64,000 nt of DNA, taken from positions 558,001 through 622,000 of the forward strand of contig JAPETS010000012.1 of NCBI GenBank assembly GCA_026023565.1, in the 5' to 3' direction. Shown piece by piece: positions 39,290 through 51,122 of this stretch. Position 1 is the stretch's first letter; each line of letters begins with the position of its first letter. The notes under the pieces are model-generated. The model was not told the DNA's origin, did not search any database, and saw only the letters and a program-made list of their open reading frames with translations. This DNA is from Cirrosporium novae-zelandiae. Taxonomy: Eukaryota. A program made the translations under genes and the position numbers.

Positions 39290-40076
39290 GTAAAAAGTAG
39301 TTGGAAAGGAAAGTATACTTTCGACAGCAACAAGATAGAGATAAGTGGTGACGTCATTGTAACCCTCAAAACGCGCCACGTTCGCGTAGGATCAAATAGG
39401 TCTAGCGTATTCATATAAGTATTACTTTCATTAATATTATGTACAGTACAGTACAAGACATCTGTCCAATTTAACTTGACTTGAGTTTTTATTATTTGGG
39501 GAACAAGTTCACACAATCCAATGCCAGAGACAGTGGGATCAACGATGAATCAGAAAGTAAAGAAAGAAAAAAAGATAAGAAGGTGTACACTTGTAATTAT
39601 CCCCTTTGTTCCGTTGTTAACTTCAAGATTTCCGAAAGCATCTTTTTTATTCCAGTACAGTGGTCTAAAGGAACTCTGTAGGTGACTTTTCCGTCTTTGA
39701 TATTTTATTTTGATTGTTATCGTTCTATCGGAAAAGATGGCTCTTTATTAGATATCACAATATCTAAATCGGAGCTCATCAAGGATATACATACATACCA
39801 CAAGCTACCAGCAGCCAGTGACATCTGGTTCAGATCAAGTTTGAGTCTGTCGTCAACTGATGGATATGCCCCGCCATCTCTGAAATAATCAAAATCCATT
39901 CTATCATATCTTTCAGATCTCAAAAACATTTATTTTTATCATTTCTTTCCTTGACCTCTCTTTTATCATCCAAACCTTGTTGGAGGCAATCCAGGAGCCT
40001 TCTTCTATAGGGCATTCGCGGTCGATCTAATCCTTCATACTCTCCTATTTACCACATTCAACCTTTTTCGCTTATC

Positions 40077-41429
40077 ATGCCTCCGCGGAAAAGCAGCCCC
40101 AGAAAAAAGCCACTTGAGGTGGAGGTGCAACCCGGGGTAAAGCAATGCAACAAGAAAACTAGATTCATGGAACAAATGCCCGCTGAGGAATGGGGCGATA
40201 GTGATGTGGATGGTGAGTTTTATATTATCGAGAGGGACTATAGCGCAGGCACGGTTGGCATAATCACTTTTATCACAATGCTCGGCTTTGCCGGTTTTTC
40301 CATTTGGATAGCCACCCTCATCACCTGCTCCCTCCCTTCATTCGCCCCCTACTGCTCCGCTAGCCCCCTAGGCCGGTCCTCGGACATGGACTTCCCCCAA
40401 GAAATGGCCGAAGCCCACGTTCAATTCGGCGAACTCATCCGTCAAACCATCAATTTCCCCCAAGTATCAGCCGATCTGATCGCAGCGGAGCAGCAGCTCC
40501 GACAAACACACCTCCACATAATGGCGAGCGATCTCCCCAACAAAAACAAGCTGCAACTATATGCCCAATCGCTACTGAAACAGCTCGATAAGACCCGCAA
40601 AGCTCTCATCGGCTTCAACATTTTCGCCCAGGGGTTCGCCGGATCCATGGCCTCGCGCCTTGAATATATCGGCCAGCGCATAGATGCTGTCGAGGACATC
40701 ACCTATATCGATCTCTTCAACTACTGGGTTCTTGAAAATTCCACCGCCACCACCAGGCACGAGCGGGCCGTCGAAGCCCTTTACGAGCACATGGGTCTAT
40801 TCCAAACGGAGGCCCAGCAATTCATCACCGGGGCCGACGGCTGCTACCGGGCCCTCAAATCCCTCTCAAAGGACGGATTCCGCATGGATGCGCAGATCGT
40901 GGTGGCCAAAACCCACCTCGACGAAACGCTAGACGCGCTCAGTAAATCTTGGGCGAAGTACTGGACCTGGGACACCAGCACCAAAGATCTCAACAAAAAA
41001 CTAGCCCTATATGATCATCTCACAGCCGTCAACGTCAACAGCCCCCTAAAAACCACCAACAAGATCGTCGATGAATCCAAACAACTCATGTCGCAACTAA
41101 GACAGATGAAAAAGGAGAGGGGGGAACCGGGGACGAGAAGACTTAATAAGATATTGCTGAAGGGACAGGTGAAGAGTCTGACGTTTGCGTTGAAGGATTT
41201 TAGGGTCATAGAAAGGGACTTGCATGATGCGAGGAACAGAGCCCATGAGAAGATGCAGGGCCGGTGGCGTGGTGAGGTGGTGGATCAGGAGCCCGCAGCT
41301 GTGGATAAGCCAGCGGCAGCAACTAAGTCCAAGTCTAGGTATAAGCCTACGCCTGTGCTGACGCCGAAGCCGAGGCCAATTTCCCTTGAGAAAAAGGATA
41401 TTGTTAAAAGTCGGTTGTATTTGATCTAG
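40077..41429 (+). CDS. Hypothetical protein with one TM helix followed by a long helical/coiled-coil region; intronless
   Basis: 450-aa ORF with TM segment TVGIITFITMLGFAGFSIWIATLI and heptad-rich helices. Confidence 0.7.
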   Translation: MPPRKSSPRKKPLEVEVQPGVKQCNKKTRFMEQMPAEEWGDSDVDGEFYIIERDYSAGTVGIITFITMLGFAGFSIWIATLITCSLPSFAPYCSASPLGRSSDMDFPQEMAEAHVQFGELIRQTINFPQVSADLIAAEQQLRQTHLHIMASDLPNKNKLQLYAQSLLKQLDKTRKALIGFNIFAQGFAGSMASRLEYIGQRIDAVEDITYIDLFNYWVLENSTATTRHERAVEALYEHMGLFQTEAQQFITGADGCYRALKSLSKDGFRMDAQIVVAKTHLDETLDALSKSWAKYWTWDTSTKDLNKKLALYDHLTAVNVNSPLKTTNKIVDESKQLMSQLRQMKKERGEPGTRRLNKILLKGQVKSLTFALKDFRVIERDLHDARNRAHEKMQGRWRGEVVDQEPAAVDKPAAATKSKSRYKPTPVLTPKPRPISLEKKDIVKSRLYLI

Positions 41430-42118
41430 AATTTAAATTTATATAGCAATTCAATTCATAGGGATTTTCTTTTGTTCATGTTGAATAATGTGTTTTACCC
41501 CCCCCCCCCCCGACTCCCTGAATTTCATAACATCAAAAGCGAAGCTTTTCAACCAATTTATTGTAAAAAAACACCTATCTTCCGATACCCCCCCCCCCTA
41601 AACTCCTAAACTCAAAGCCCCTACTAAGCTTTAGTCCTCGAAAGGAAAAAAACCTGTTATCTGTTAATCTCTTAGCCTAGCACTACTTTACTATTGTCGG
41701 GGGTTTTTTTTTTTTGGTCGCGATGATCTCCTGAACCACAGCGATCGATAGAGAGAAGAAGTCGACGCATACTCATTTCTTCGTCTGAGTTGGTCTTTAG
41801 GGTTACCCTTCCAATTTCATCACCCTTGCCCTTAATTCTCCGCTTGCAAAAGAGAGATCCCCCCTTACCAACTACTAGTTAAGACGCCAGTCTTCATCAT
41901 TATAAACTACTGGCTGTCCTCCTCGAGCATCAATAACGAGTGTACCATGTGTATGTGCAGGAGTGCGCTCCTCCCACGAATACAAGGACAAAATGGAGGA
42001 GGTTGCTGGGTAAAAAATACAGAGAGGACTAGGATTCTAGTGTTGAGATATGGGACTTTTTTTTTTGAATGATTTAGAGATTCCTTGGTAAAGGGCTTTT
42101 TTGGCTTGAGATTAAATC

Positions 42119-45100
42119 TTAGACCTGTGTAGGGGTTCCCCAATCCTCAACATCGATTGAATTTCTAGCCTTCCGACTCTTAGGCTTCTGGCTATTACTT
42201 CTTCTAGCCTTCTTGATATTATGCCATTTATCCTGGATGAACTTGAAGGCTCTGCTCTCCTGCCACTTTTCCTGAAAGGCCTTAGAGTCTCCACCCTCTT
42301 GGGACTTATCACGCATTTTGATCCACTTCCCCAAGCTAAAAGCAAGACCATAGGTAATCACGACAAAGACAAAGATAAGTCCTATGAACAGACCGAGGCT
42401 GGGTTGGTTGGGGAGGATACCATCGTTTACGGAGAAGAGACCGGCTACGAACCCCAGGGGGAGGTAGACGATGGTGATGAGGGTGAGGATGCGGATGTTT
42501 TCCCCCTGGGCAGTGGCGATGTGGCTTTCCTGTAGGGAAACAATGCTTTGCTGGACGTTGGTGATGGCCGTGATGCTGTCGCGGTACTGGGAGATCTGGT
42601 CGATCTTTTGTTGCATGTCGCTTTCGACGCGGGAGAGATCTTTGAAGCGCTTTTTGAATTCGTCGATGACTTGTTCGTATTTGGTGTTGAGTTCGTAGTG
42701 CATGCGGCTTCGTTCCTAGGATAAGAGTTGATTAGGTTTTGATAACTCACAGTTCGAATAGTGGAAACATACTTCCTTGAATGTCTGATTTGCAGTATCT
42801 TGTACTTTGTCGATTACTGAAATGGACTGAACGAGTGTACCGTACCACACGCGGAGCGCCTCAAACCCCCAAACAATGCGGTGGAGATCACGTAATCCCC
42901 CCTCGGAATTGGATACCTCCATACCTTCAAAAATGAGCCGAGACTGTGCTGCAGTTAGATCAAGAGTTATATACAGAATATATATAAGACTTACCGACAG
43001 CCCCACCCGATCCTCGAGATCATTCACAAGTACCGTATAGTCTTCAGCCAATTTATGGCAGAAATGCCCTAGCAGGATAAGAAATGACAATAACCTTCCA
43101 CTCGCCTGCCTATATATAAATAACCGCGAAACATCCTGTACTTCCAAGACGTATTTGTCCATATGCCTCTTGTCGATGATAGATGACACCATGGAGCAGG
43201 TCCAGAAGTGGCCAAGAGGATCACCTGTAAAGACTATGGAGGACGAGCGCTTCTCCAGCTGCGTGCCCTTTTCCTGTTCGTCATCCTTCTGTGTACTGTT
43301 CTCCGTACTTTTAGTAGAAGTCTTGTCGTTTGACCCCTTTAGGCTGCTGCTTTTAGAACTAGGCCCTGGCAGCTTTTCCGGAGGATATGGACCTGTATCC
43401 CTCTGTTCGCTAAACTGTTCAGATAATTCTTCGGGAAAATCTTTGGATTTGAAGCCCCAGTGAGATATTGTGATAGATGTCGTCCATATACTTGAATCGC
43501 TCTCAGGTTTAGTATCCGTGAATCGAGATCTAGAGCCGAAATATTCATCAAAGGTGTCCAAAGCATCAGGATGCCAGACATATATGAAGGCTTGGGCCAT
43601 AGAGGGTGAAAACCTTTGAGCAAATCTATTCAGAAGCAGCAAATCAGCCAAGTCGATATTGGTAAGCATATAAACTCACAGGATTCGATGCTTAATATTG
43701 AGATCTATCAACTACAATGGGTCAGTGTACAACCTTGTGTATAAGAGAGTTCAACTTACGCTATCTTTCAAACGGTCTAATAACTTGTTTTGGTGTTTCA
43801 CTTCAAGCTCATTCTCATTTGATGGCTCCGATAGCTCATTTATTTTGATTGTATAAGGTTTCCTGTTCAAGTCCACAGTGATATCAAATACACTCATGAA
43901 CAGGAGTTGATTTGGAGGAACACATTTAGCAATAGTTTCGGTAGAAAAGTCGAGAATAGTCTCTGTTGACGAAGAATTATCCTTTCCATTTCTTTCTTTA
44001 TTGGTTCTTACATATTTTTTAATTTGGCTTCTTAGATTCACCTTTTGAAGTTGCTCCGTCTGGAAGTTCTGGGGTGTATCATCCAAAGACTGAACCATAA
44101 AGGTGGGATAATACGCTCTTGGAGGTTTAAATTCTATCCACTCAATATTCTTGGGGTCATCGGGCTGTGGCATCCTCCTGATCGCCTTCTGAAGCATTTC
44201 CATCATGTTGTCCTCTTCTGGTCCCCGATGGCTTGAAGTTTGTGGCTGTGATACTGATTCCACCGGGGCTGGTAGAGTAGCCTTTGAAATTAAATCGAGA
44301 AGTGTGGAGCACACTATGCTGGAGGCTTCAATGCCCCACCATCCTTTGAGGGCTTCTTCTGTGCTCCAGTCCCAAGAAGATACAAAGCTATAATCCGATT
44401 GTAGAAATTGGAAACAATCTTGTTTCTTCGATGATATCATTTCAGACTCTTCATTCGTAACGAAAGCTGCCATAAGACGGGTATGATGGTTTAAGCAAGT
44501 TAGTTCCCATGGTGCTCGAACCAAATCGCTTTTTAAGGACTCTTTCTTGGAAGACCCGGGACTGAATATTGTTGTTGGCTTCCTAGATTTGAGCCTCTTA
44601 AACGTTTGGCTTATATAAGGACCATCCGCGAATTTCAATTCGTGAGAAAGAAGAGCCAAGCGGTCAGCCTCTTCGTCCTCTGTGACGTACTTTTCGGCAT
44701 TCTTATCTTGCTCTTTTCTCAAGAACCTCAAATATTTTTCCGAGGCAAGTTTCCAAGTCTTTTCCTGACTCTCGATTTTGGAAATAGAGTCACAGTCCCC
44801 GGCTTTAGCATTTGAATTGCCTAAATTTATTTTTTCGTGGATCTCACGGGCGCAATGAAAATGGTACCGCCAATAAAAGGCATGTTGTAACTTGTCTAGC
44901 GTTGATTTGCTCCGATCAGCTTCGGGCCTGGCGCCCATTTCAAGAAACTTGGAGTGGCCGAATGGGTATAATTTCACTTGTAGTATGTCCCAGAAATGGT
45001 TATCGATGGCGTCGCTGCAGTATTCCATAACATACCAAATAGATATGGTCCGAAAAGGGATTCCAGTCGTGTTTTCATTTCGGCCTCTATTTGTATAAAG

Positions 45101-46933
45101 ACTGATTGAGGATAAAGGTAACGAAGATCTGCCTTTTATTAATTCGTCATCTATGCATGTTAGCCATACTAGAGCACTACGAATGCACAACTTGATTCTT
45201 TTGAGATACTCCTCCTGTGTATCAATCGTACTTTGATCGATAGAAGAGCCTGAGGAGTTTCCCAACTGTGGTGAGGGTCGAGATTCTTTAACATATCTGT
45301 ACACTTTGACGAGAAACCGAATTTGCCAACTAGAATCACGTCAAAAGGTGCTAGATGAAGGAGGACACAGAGTATCCATACAATGTGCTTTGAAAATCCA
45401 CGAACTGAGAAGTCATGATATTGGTGATAAGTGCGGTACCCAAATCGCTTATAGCTTCATCTATATCCATCGAGGCAGCCATAGCGGTCTCATCCGCTTT
45501 ACTCTGGTTATGTAGACTTTGATCCCTTTCATGGTCTCCATTGGTAAGTTTCGGAGACGTTGCGTCTGTGATAGTTGTCTGCTCCATATAATTAGTGGTT
45601 ACTTCGGAATTGTCGGCAGATTCCTTAGTGTCAGCCGACGGTTCTAACAATATTGGACCTGATGAAGGGTGCGAAGTTGCGTCTTCGTCTGTCGTTGAAT
45701 CCAACACCCCCTTTCCTGTTAGTTTCTCGTTGCTTTTTTCAGTGTGCTCGTGGAGAGACAAGAGAGGATCAGTCATATGTATGGGGACAGAGGAGACTCC
45801 CATAATCCGTTCCACACATCTTGCAATAGCGCTCAATTCAACATCGAGGTTAGAATCAGCGTTCTTGTTTTCAAGAGTAGACCACAGCTTTCCCGTAGAG
45901 TAACTTTTGTCCGTAACTCCCAAGTACTCTTCTACATCTCTAGACGACGGAGCAGAAACCAGAAAATTGCTTTTAGAGCCCACTTTCAGATCCGTTCTCA
46001 AAGAGAACGCCACCATGATTATCAAACGATTCCCTTTAGAAAGTTGCTGTAGGTACTCGGCCGAAATATCTATTTGACCTGGTTTTTCTCGTTCACTATT
46101 AACACGAGTCGAGTCCTGAAGCACTCCATTAACGAATAGTCGAACCTCAAGTCGAACATCGTCGTATTTTGAACACCTATAAGATCTCCCCTTGCCGTCT
46201 TGAGCTGATGTAAGAGAACATGGCCTATTAAGATGGTCGTAGCGAATTTGTTCATGGCGGCTGTGCCCAAATCGAATCGGTCCCCCAAACTGGAATCTGA
46301 CCTCATATTTCTTATTTTCGTCATCGTTCCCTGGAGCGTACAGTTGTAGACGTACGAGTTGGAAAACCGTGTGATCCTTGACGAATGAGCATACATCATA
46401 GTTTCCAAGGCTATTTTTAGCTGTCTGATCTGAATTTTCGACAATTTCATAGTTCATATAAGGCCAACGATAGTTGATCAAGCCTTGCGCAAAGCAACCT
46501 CCTAGCCGCAAATCCGGTCCCGCCCGTAAGTGTACACCCCAGCTTCCACCCATTTCAATCCTAGTTTTGGATCTTGCGAGTATCGCTCCAGCATTGTCAG
46601 AGAAGTCTCCCCGAACGTATACGATACCGTATTTCGGATGTGGGGCAGTTATCTGAAGCAATTTATGCCAGTCTGTCACAGACCCGGTATAGCCGTCGGC
46701 TCCGAAATCTATTGCATTTGGGGATCGGTCCCAGTCAAGAGGCTTGAAGTAGTCTTCTATAATTGCGGTTCTAAATGTTAATTCTGGCTACCGCTAAAAC
46801 AAACGACAAGAAATAGGAATACCGGTATTGAATGGAAGGGGATTTCACCAGAGACAATGCGATCGTTACTGAGCCAACTAAAGTCGTCTTCTGCCTCTGG
46901 ACTTGAATCCTCCGACGAGGTGCTAACTGACAT
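42119..46933 (-). CDS. Large multi-exon protein with a C-terminal CorA-like two-TM module
   Basis: ATG at 46933 (MSVSTSSEDS...), spliced through four large ORFs. It ends in a coiled coil plus QGENIRILTLITIVYLPLGFVAGLFSVN and a second TM helix. Confidence 0.8.
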
Positions 46934-47706
46934 GATATATATTTGCTGAACAGACTATGGTTCAATAGGTAACTCGTAAGAATTGAGAAGCTTAGACTTT
47001 CCGGACAGACGTGCAAGGCTGCTACTCTTATTTTATCTGACCTCCTGTATCACGGATTTATTCCCTGCATTTATTAATTCTGAATGTGTCCTCTCTTAAT
47101 AATTTCAAATGCCGAGGAGAAATATTGAGAACCATGGCTGAAAGGCGACATTCCGGGATCCTTGGAGATACTGCCCTTCAATTTGCCCATGCAAGTGAGC
47201 TAATGCAGCCTTGCAGCCCTCCCGTAGGCTTTATTACTTTAACTCCCTATTTCGATTACCTCGTAGTCCTTTTTAAATAAATTGTGGTAAGCTGAAGCAT
47301 GCTAAGGCTCTGCCTAGTCTTGTGTTCTGACCAGATCATCAGTGAAAGGAATACACTAGGCCGACTAGACTAGGCTTTTGATCAATTAGTTAGAACATGA
47401 TTACTTCAGGATTATTTTGGCTTAGATGCATATGAATTTTATGGTGGTTGAGTGGATTTTCGTGGTGTTGAGGTTTGCTGGGGGAGGGGAGCTGTGTGGC
47501 TAGGAAGTACTTATCGCCTAATTAAGACAATGGCGCATTTTTAACTATTCTTAGCTACTCTCCACCCCTTTATTTTCGAATAATTTAAGGATTGATTAAA
47601 TACAATGGTTATTCCTGTCTACGAAGCTACGATTCACGACACTATAGAAATCATGTTCTTAAACTATAAATTAATTTGTATATAATTATATATCTAGAGC
47701 TCAGCT

Positions 47707-49044
47707 CTAGTTGACCACGCCAGGACGAGAACCCCAAGCGACGGTGGAAACGGTAAACAATGCATACAATTTCAACAAAGAATGGTAATAGCCAAAAAGA
47801 ATATACATCGGAAGATAAAGCAAATCCCTGGGATGCCTGCAGAAGTGTGGGAAAGGCTTAACTAACTTCGAGAGAAGGATCCAGAGGCCCAGCACACTCG
47901 AGCAGAAATCGACACTGTATCCGGTCTCCAGCGCTGCAGCTCTGCATAGGTAGATGAGGCCCGCGTCCGTGAATAGTGCAAAATTGAAGAACGAGGTGAT
48001 GTAGACGGCATAGACGCACCACGGTTGCGATTTCCAGACCGTCCGATCGGCGAACAGACTTGTAGAGTTTGATCGCCATGTCGTGCGGACCCATCGCAGG
48101 CACTGGAGGTTGAATTTCTTGAAACCTGAGACCCCCAAGGTAGTTTCCATGAGCGCTTCGGACGAGGACTGGAACTTGATCCCCCAGTTGCGGCTCACTA
48201 GCCAACGGGTGATGAAGTTGTCGTCGTCTGCGTTGAGGGGTCCGATGTTGAAAAGGCCGGGAGCAAACATCTCATTCATGAAAGCGGATTGGAAGTCATC
48301 ACGACAGACAATCTCACTGCGGTATGCTGCCGTGCGGCCAGAGATGACAAAGACGCCACCGTCCATCTTGTTGCTAGATGCGAGGTCGAAGTTGTGGCGC
48401 TCGAGGTATAGACATCCGATGAAGTTCCAGAAATCTTTAGGTGAGAAGAGGGAGCTCGTCGCACGACGAACACGCTTTCCGCAGGCAACACCACCAATGC
48501 TGGGGTCTTCGAATGGAGAAAGCATAGCCCTAAGAAATTTAGCAGGCCAAAAGACATGGTCATCGGCAAAAACGACAATCTTTGTTTTGACCTTTTCAAG
48601 ACCACGACAGAGTTGAATCCTTTTGTTAGCGGTCTCAGCAACAATAAGGGACACCCGGGGACCTATCTTTGTGCAAAAATCCTGAGCTTTTAGGAGATTT
48701 TTCTGACCGACGGTAGCCACTAGGATTTCTGAACAACCAGTCGCGAGAGCTGAGCGGACTGTGTCTTCAAACTCCTGGCCGTAGGGCTCAACGGTTGGGA
48801 TAATCACCGTGACATCTAACGGAGAGTAAGTGGGGCTTCTAGGAATGGGATTAGGGGTATAACCTTGGTAAGCAAACATCCCTATCACAAGTCGGAGGTA
48901 GCGAAAAACGAAGAGCCCGAGAAAGATTTTGGCATAAAGTGTGTTTGGATAGACCACTGCACCAAGTAAGATTGTGATGACAGCAATGAGGAGATAGTAG
49001 GACCGGCCTACTAAACCTTTTGGCGTGTTTAGCATCTGGGGCAT
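47707..49044 (-). CDS. GT2 processive polysaccharide synthase (Cps1 / hyaluronan synthase-like)
   Basis: DVTVIIPT, ANKR, FADDHVFWP, ISGRTAAYR, ADDDNFITRW, QCLRW (QxxRW), TM helices and terminal WGSR. The start is uncertain. Confidence 0.9.
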   Translation of the reverse strand: MPQMLNTPKGLVGRSYYLLIAVITILLGAVVYPNTLYAKIFLGLFVFRYLRLVIGMFAYQGYTPNPIPRSPTYSPLDVTVIIPTVEPYGQEFEDTVRSALATGCSEILVATVGQKNLLKAQDFCTKIGPRVSLIVAETANKRIQLCRGLEKVKTKIVVFADDHVFWPAKFLRAMLSPFEDPSIGGVACGKRVRRATSSLFSPKDFWNFIGCLYLERHNFDLASSNKMDGGVFVISGRTAAYRSEIVCRDDFQSAFMNEMFAPGLFNIGPLNADDDNFITRWLVSRNWGIKFQSSSEALMETTLGVSGFKKFNLQCLRWVRTTWRSNSTSLFADRTVWKSQPWCVYAVYITSFFNFALFTDAGLIYLCRAAALETGYSVDFCSSVLGLWILLSKLVKPFPHFCRHPRDLLYLPMYILFGYYHSLLKLYALFTVSTVAWGSRPGVVN

Positions 49045-49188
49045 TCTTACCTTGTCGTTTTTTTGTAGTTGGCGAGGAGTCAACGTCAATTGGTATCAAT
49101 ACCGTTGATCCGTGGGATATAAACCTGTATAGTAGTTATAATGAAGAATGAAACTAAAAACCTGAGGCATCCTTCTCGCTGATATACA

Positions 49189-49374
49189 TTATCTAGACAA
49201 AGAACACCTCAAAGACAAAGAACACCTCAAAGACAAAGAACACCTCAAAGACAAAGAACACCTCAAAGACAAAGAACACCTCAAAGACAAAGAACACCTC
49301 AAAGACAAAGAACACCTCAAAGACAAAGAACTGAGCTCTCTCGGGGCCGAGGTGAAAGAATCAAACAAAGGCAT
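49189..49374 (-). CDS. Putative 61-aa repeat peptide MPLFDSFTSAPRELS-(SLSLRC)x7-SLSR; either a uORF of the GT2 gene or a small gene
   Basis: True ATG in acaATG context; the frame stays open across the minisatellite. No expression evidence. Confidence 0.3.
   Translation of the reverse strand: MPLFDSFTSAPRELSSLSLRCSLSLRCSLSLRCSLSLRCSLSLRCSLSLRCSLSLRCSLSR
49195..49331. repeat. Perfect 18-bp minisatellite AGACAAAGAACACCTCAA x7.6
   Basis: Units start at 49195, 49213, 49231, 49249, 49267, 49285 and 49303, with a partial unit at 49321. Confidence 0.97.
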
Positions 49375-49563
49375 TGTAAATAGAAGGGGTATCTAAATAA
49401 GGAGGACATGTACAAAAAAAAATACAGTAGAACAGTGCCCTTGTTCCATACACAAAGGCATTGTGAAGAATCGAAATGGCGCAAATATATATACCGGTGA
49501 TAACTCCCCAGCAATGTTATTCTCTCCATCAGTCCAAACCATCACACAAAAGCTCACACAATC

Positions 49564-50142
49564 ATGGCAGATCGCAAAGACCCACCAATCGCTTCAAAAG
49601 CGTCCATTCCCGCACTCCCCCACTCCAAACCCCTCCCCCCGGCCCCTCCCTCAGTCCCCAGCCAGCGCACATTGCCGCTCTTGTCTTCCTCAGCCCCCCC
49701 CCTCCTTTCCACCACCCCAGCCTCCGCCTCTTTCTGTCGGCCCCAAGCCGCAGCTCATCCTTCTCCCCTCACCACCTCTCCCTCTCCCCTCCAGCCCTCA
49801 GCCCCCATCCCCATCCCTCATTCCACCCGCCCAAAGACTCCGGCTTCTTCTCCTTCCTTAATTCCCCCCTCAAGGAAGAAGCGAGTCACCTTTGGACAGA
49901 CCGAGGTGAAGGTGGTGGAGCGATGGATAAAGCCGGACGGGGCTATGCGGAAGAGGTTTGAGGAGAATAAGAGACAGGTGGCGAAGGAGAAGAGGGCGGC
50001 CCGCGAGGAGCTCTTGCAAAGCATAGGGAGAGCGAGGCAGGTGACGGGGAGTGGAAGAGGCGATGGAGGACCGAAGGTGAAGGTGAGGATGATGCGGAGA
50101 GCTCATAAAGATGAGCTTTGTTCCTCTTCTTTTTCCTTTTGA
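49564..50142 (+). CDS. Pro/Ser-rich disordered protein with an RVxF (KKRVTF) motif and a basic helix
   Basis: atcATGG start; 192-aa ORF containing SRKKRVTFGQTEVKVVERW. Confidence 0.55.
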   Translation: MADRKDPPIASKASIPALPHSKPLPPAPPSVPSQRTLPLLSSSAPPLLSTTPASASFCRPQAAAHPSPLTTSPSPLQPSAPIPIPHSTRPKTPASSPSLIPPSRKKRVTFGQTEVKVVERWIKPDGAMRKRFEENKRQVAKEKRAAREELLQSIGRARQVTGSGRGDGGPKVKVRMMRRAHKDELCSSSFSF

Positions 50143-50581
50143 GTGGATTCATCCGATGGTATTGGATTGATCTATTTTGTCTTTCTCTTTTCTTTTGCTC
50201 AAAAGCCTGCTTTTGAGTTTTCCTATGTCACTGTCATACACATATATATCAAAAAACCAAAATCCAATAAACCAAAAAATTGTTCCCAGCAATAACCAAT
50301 GATCCAAGCCTGTGCAATACAAGTTCCCAAGCTGAATTAGTAAACTTCACCTCCATTGATAAATGAAAGGTCCTAGTAACTAGTATAAAAAAATAAAATG
50401 ATGTAAATTTTCTGCTTATAGTTATAAATCTTCTTTGTCAAACAATAGGTGGATTCATCAATTGATCCATTGTTTGTTGCTGTTGCCGTTGGCAGAAGGA
50501 CTCCTTTGTTTAGTGGAGTTGGGTTGAATGGTTTAGACTTATGGCCGCAATGTTATGCCGAGGCAAAATATCCAAGCGAGC

Positions 50582-50722
50582 CAGCATACAGCATACAGTA
50601 CATACAGCATACAGTACATACAGCATACAGTACATACATACATACATACATACATACATACATACATACATACATACATACATACATACATACATACATA
50701 CATACATACATACATACATACA
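50582..50722. repeat. 16-bp repeat (CAGCATACAGTACATA) x3 followed by a (TACA)n microsatellite
   Basis: Directly visible; the TACA tract spans about 50631-50722. Confidence 0.95.
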
Positions 50723-51122
50723 GCCAAACTGCGCCGTACCGTAAACTCACTACTTGGGCGTATAGTTTCCGTCATTAATTATTATTCATGTCATTTAAGT
50801 CCCAACACAATAAGCCATTCGTATAAATCCCCAATCATACAGATCTTATAAAGATCCTTCCTCGTTGGACTAATGTAAGTAGTTTCTGCGATGTGATCGA
50901 TGCGACGCGATACGATTCGATGCTATACGACACGGAAACCTGCTTACTATGATTATACCCAAGTTAAATTACCCCCATCCAAGTTCGTGATATTTGCATG
51001 CATGCATCAGCTTATCAGCCAAGCCTCGGAGGTCTTGCAATCCGAGTACCAATCTACACTATAAGATCATCCATCCAAGCTTACACCAAAAAGAGTGCCC
51101 AGAAATAAACCACCTTGTTTGT

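Noticed and set aside
49195..49331. CRISPR-like array
   Set aside because: The repeats are contiguous with no spacers, the context is eukaryotic and there are no cas genes; it is a minisatellite.
50449..50851. ORFs with YIHT or MYVC repeats as peptide precursors
   Set aside because: These are artefacts of a (TACA)n microsatellite that is open in all frames.
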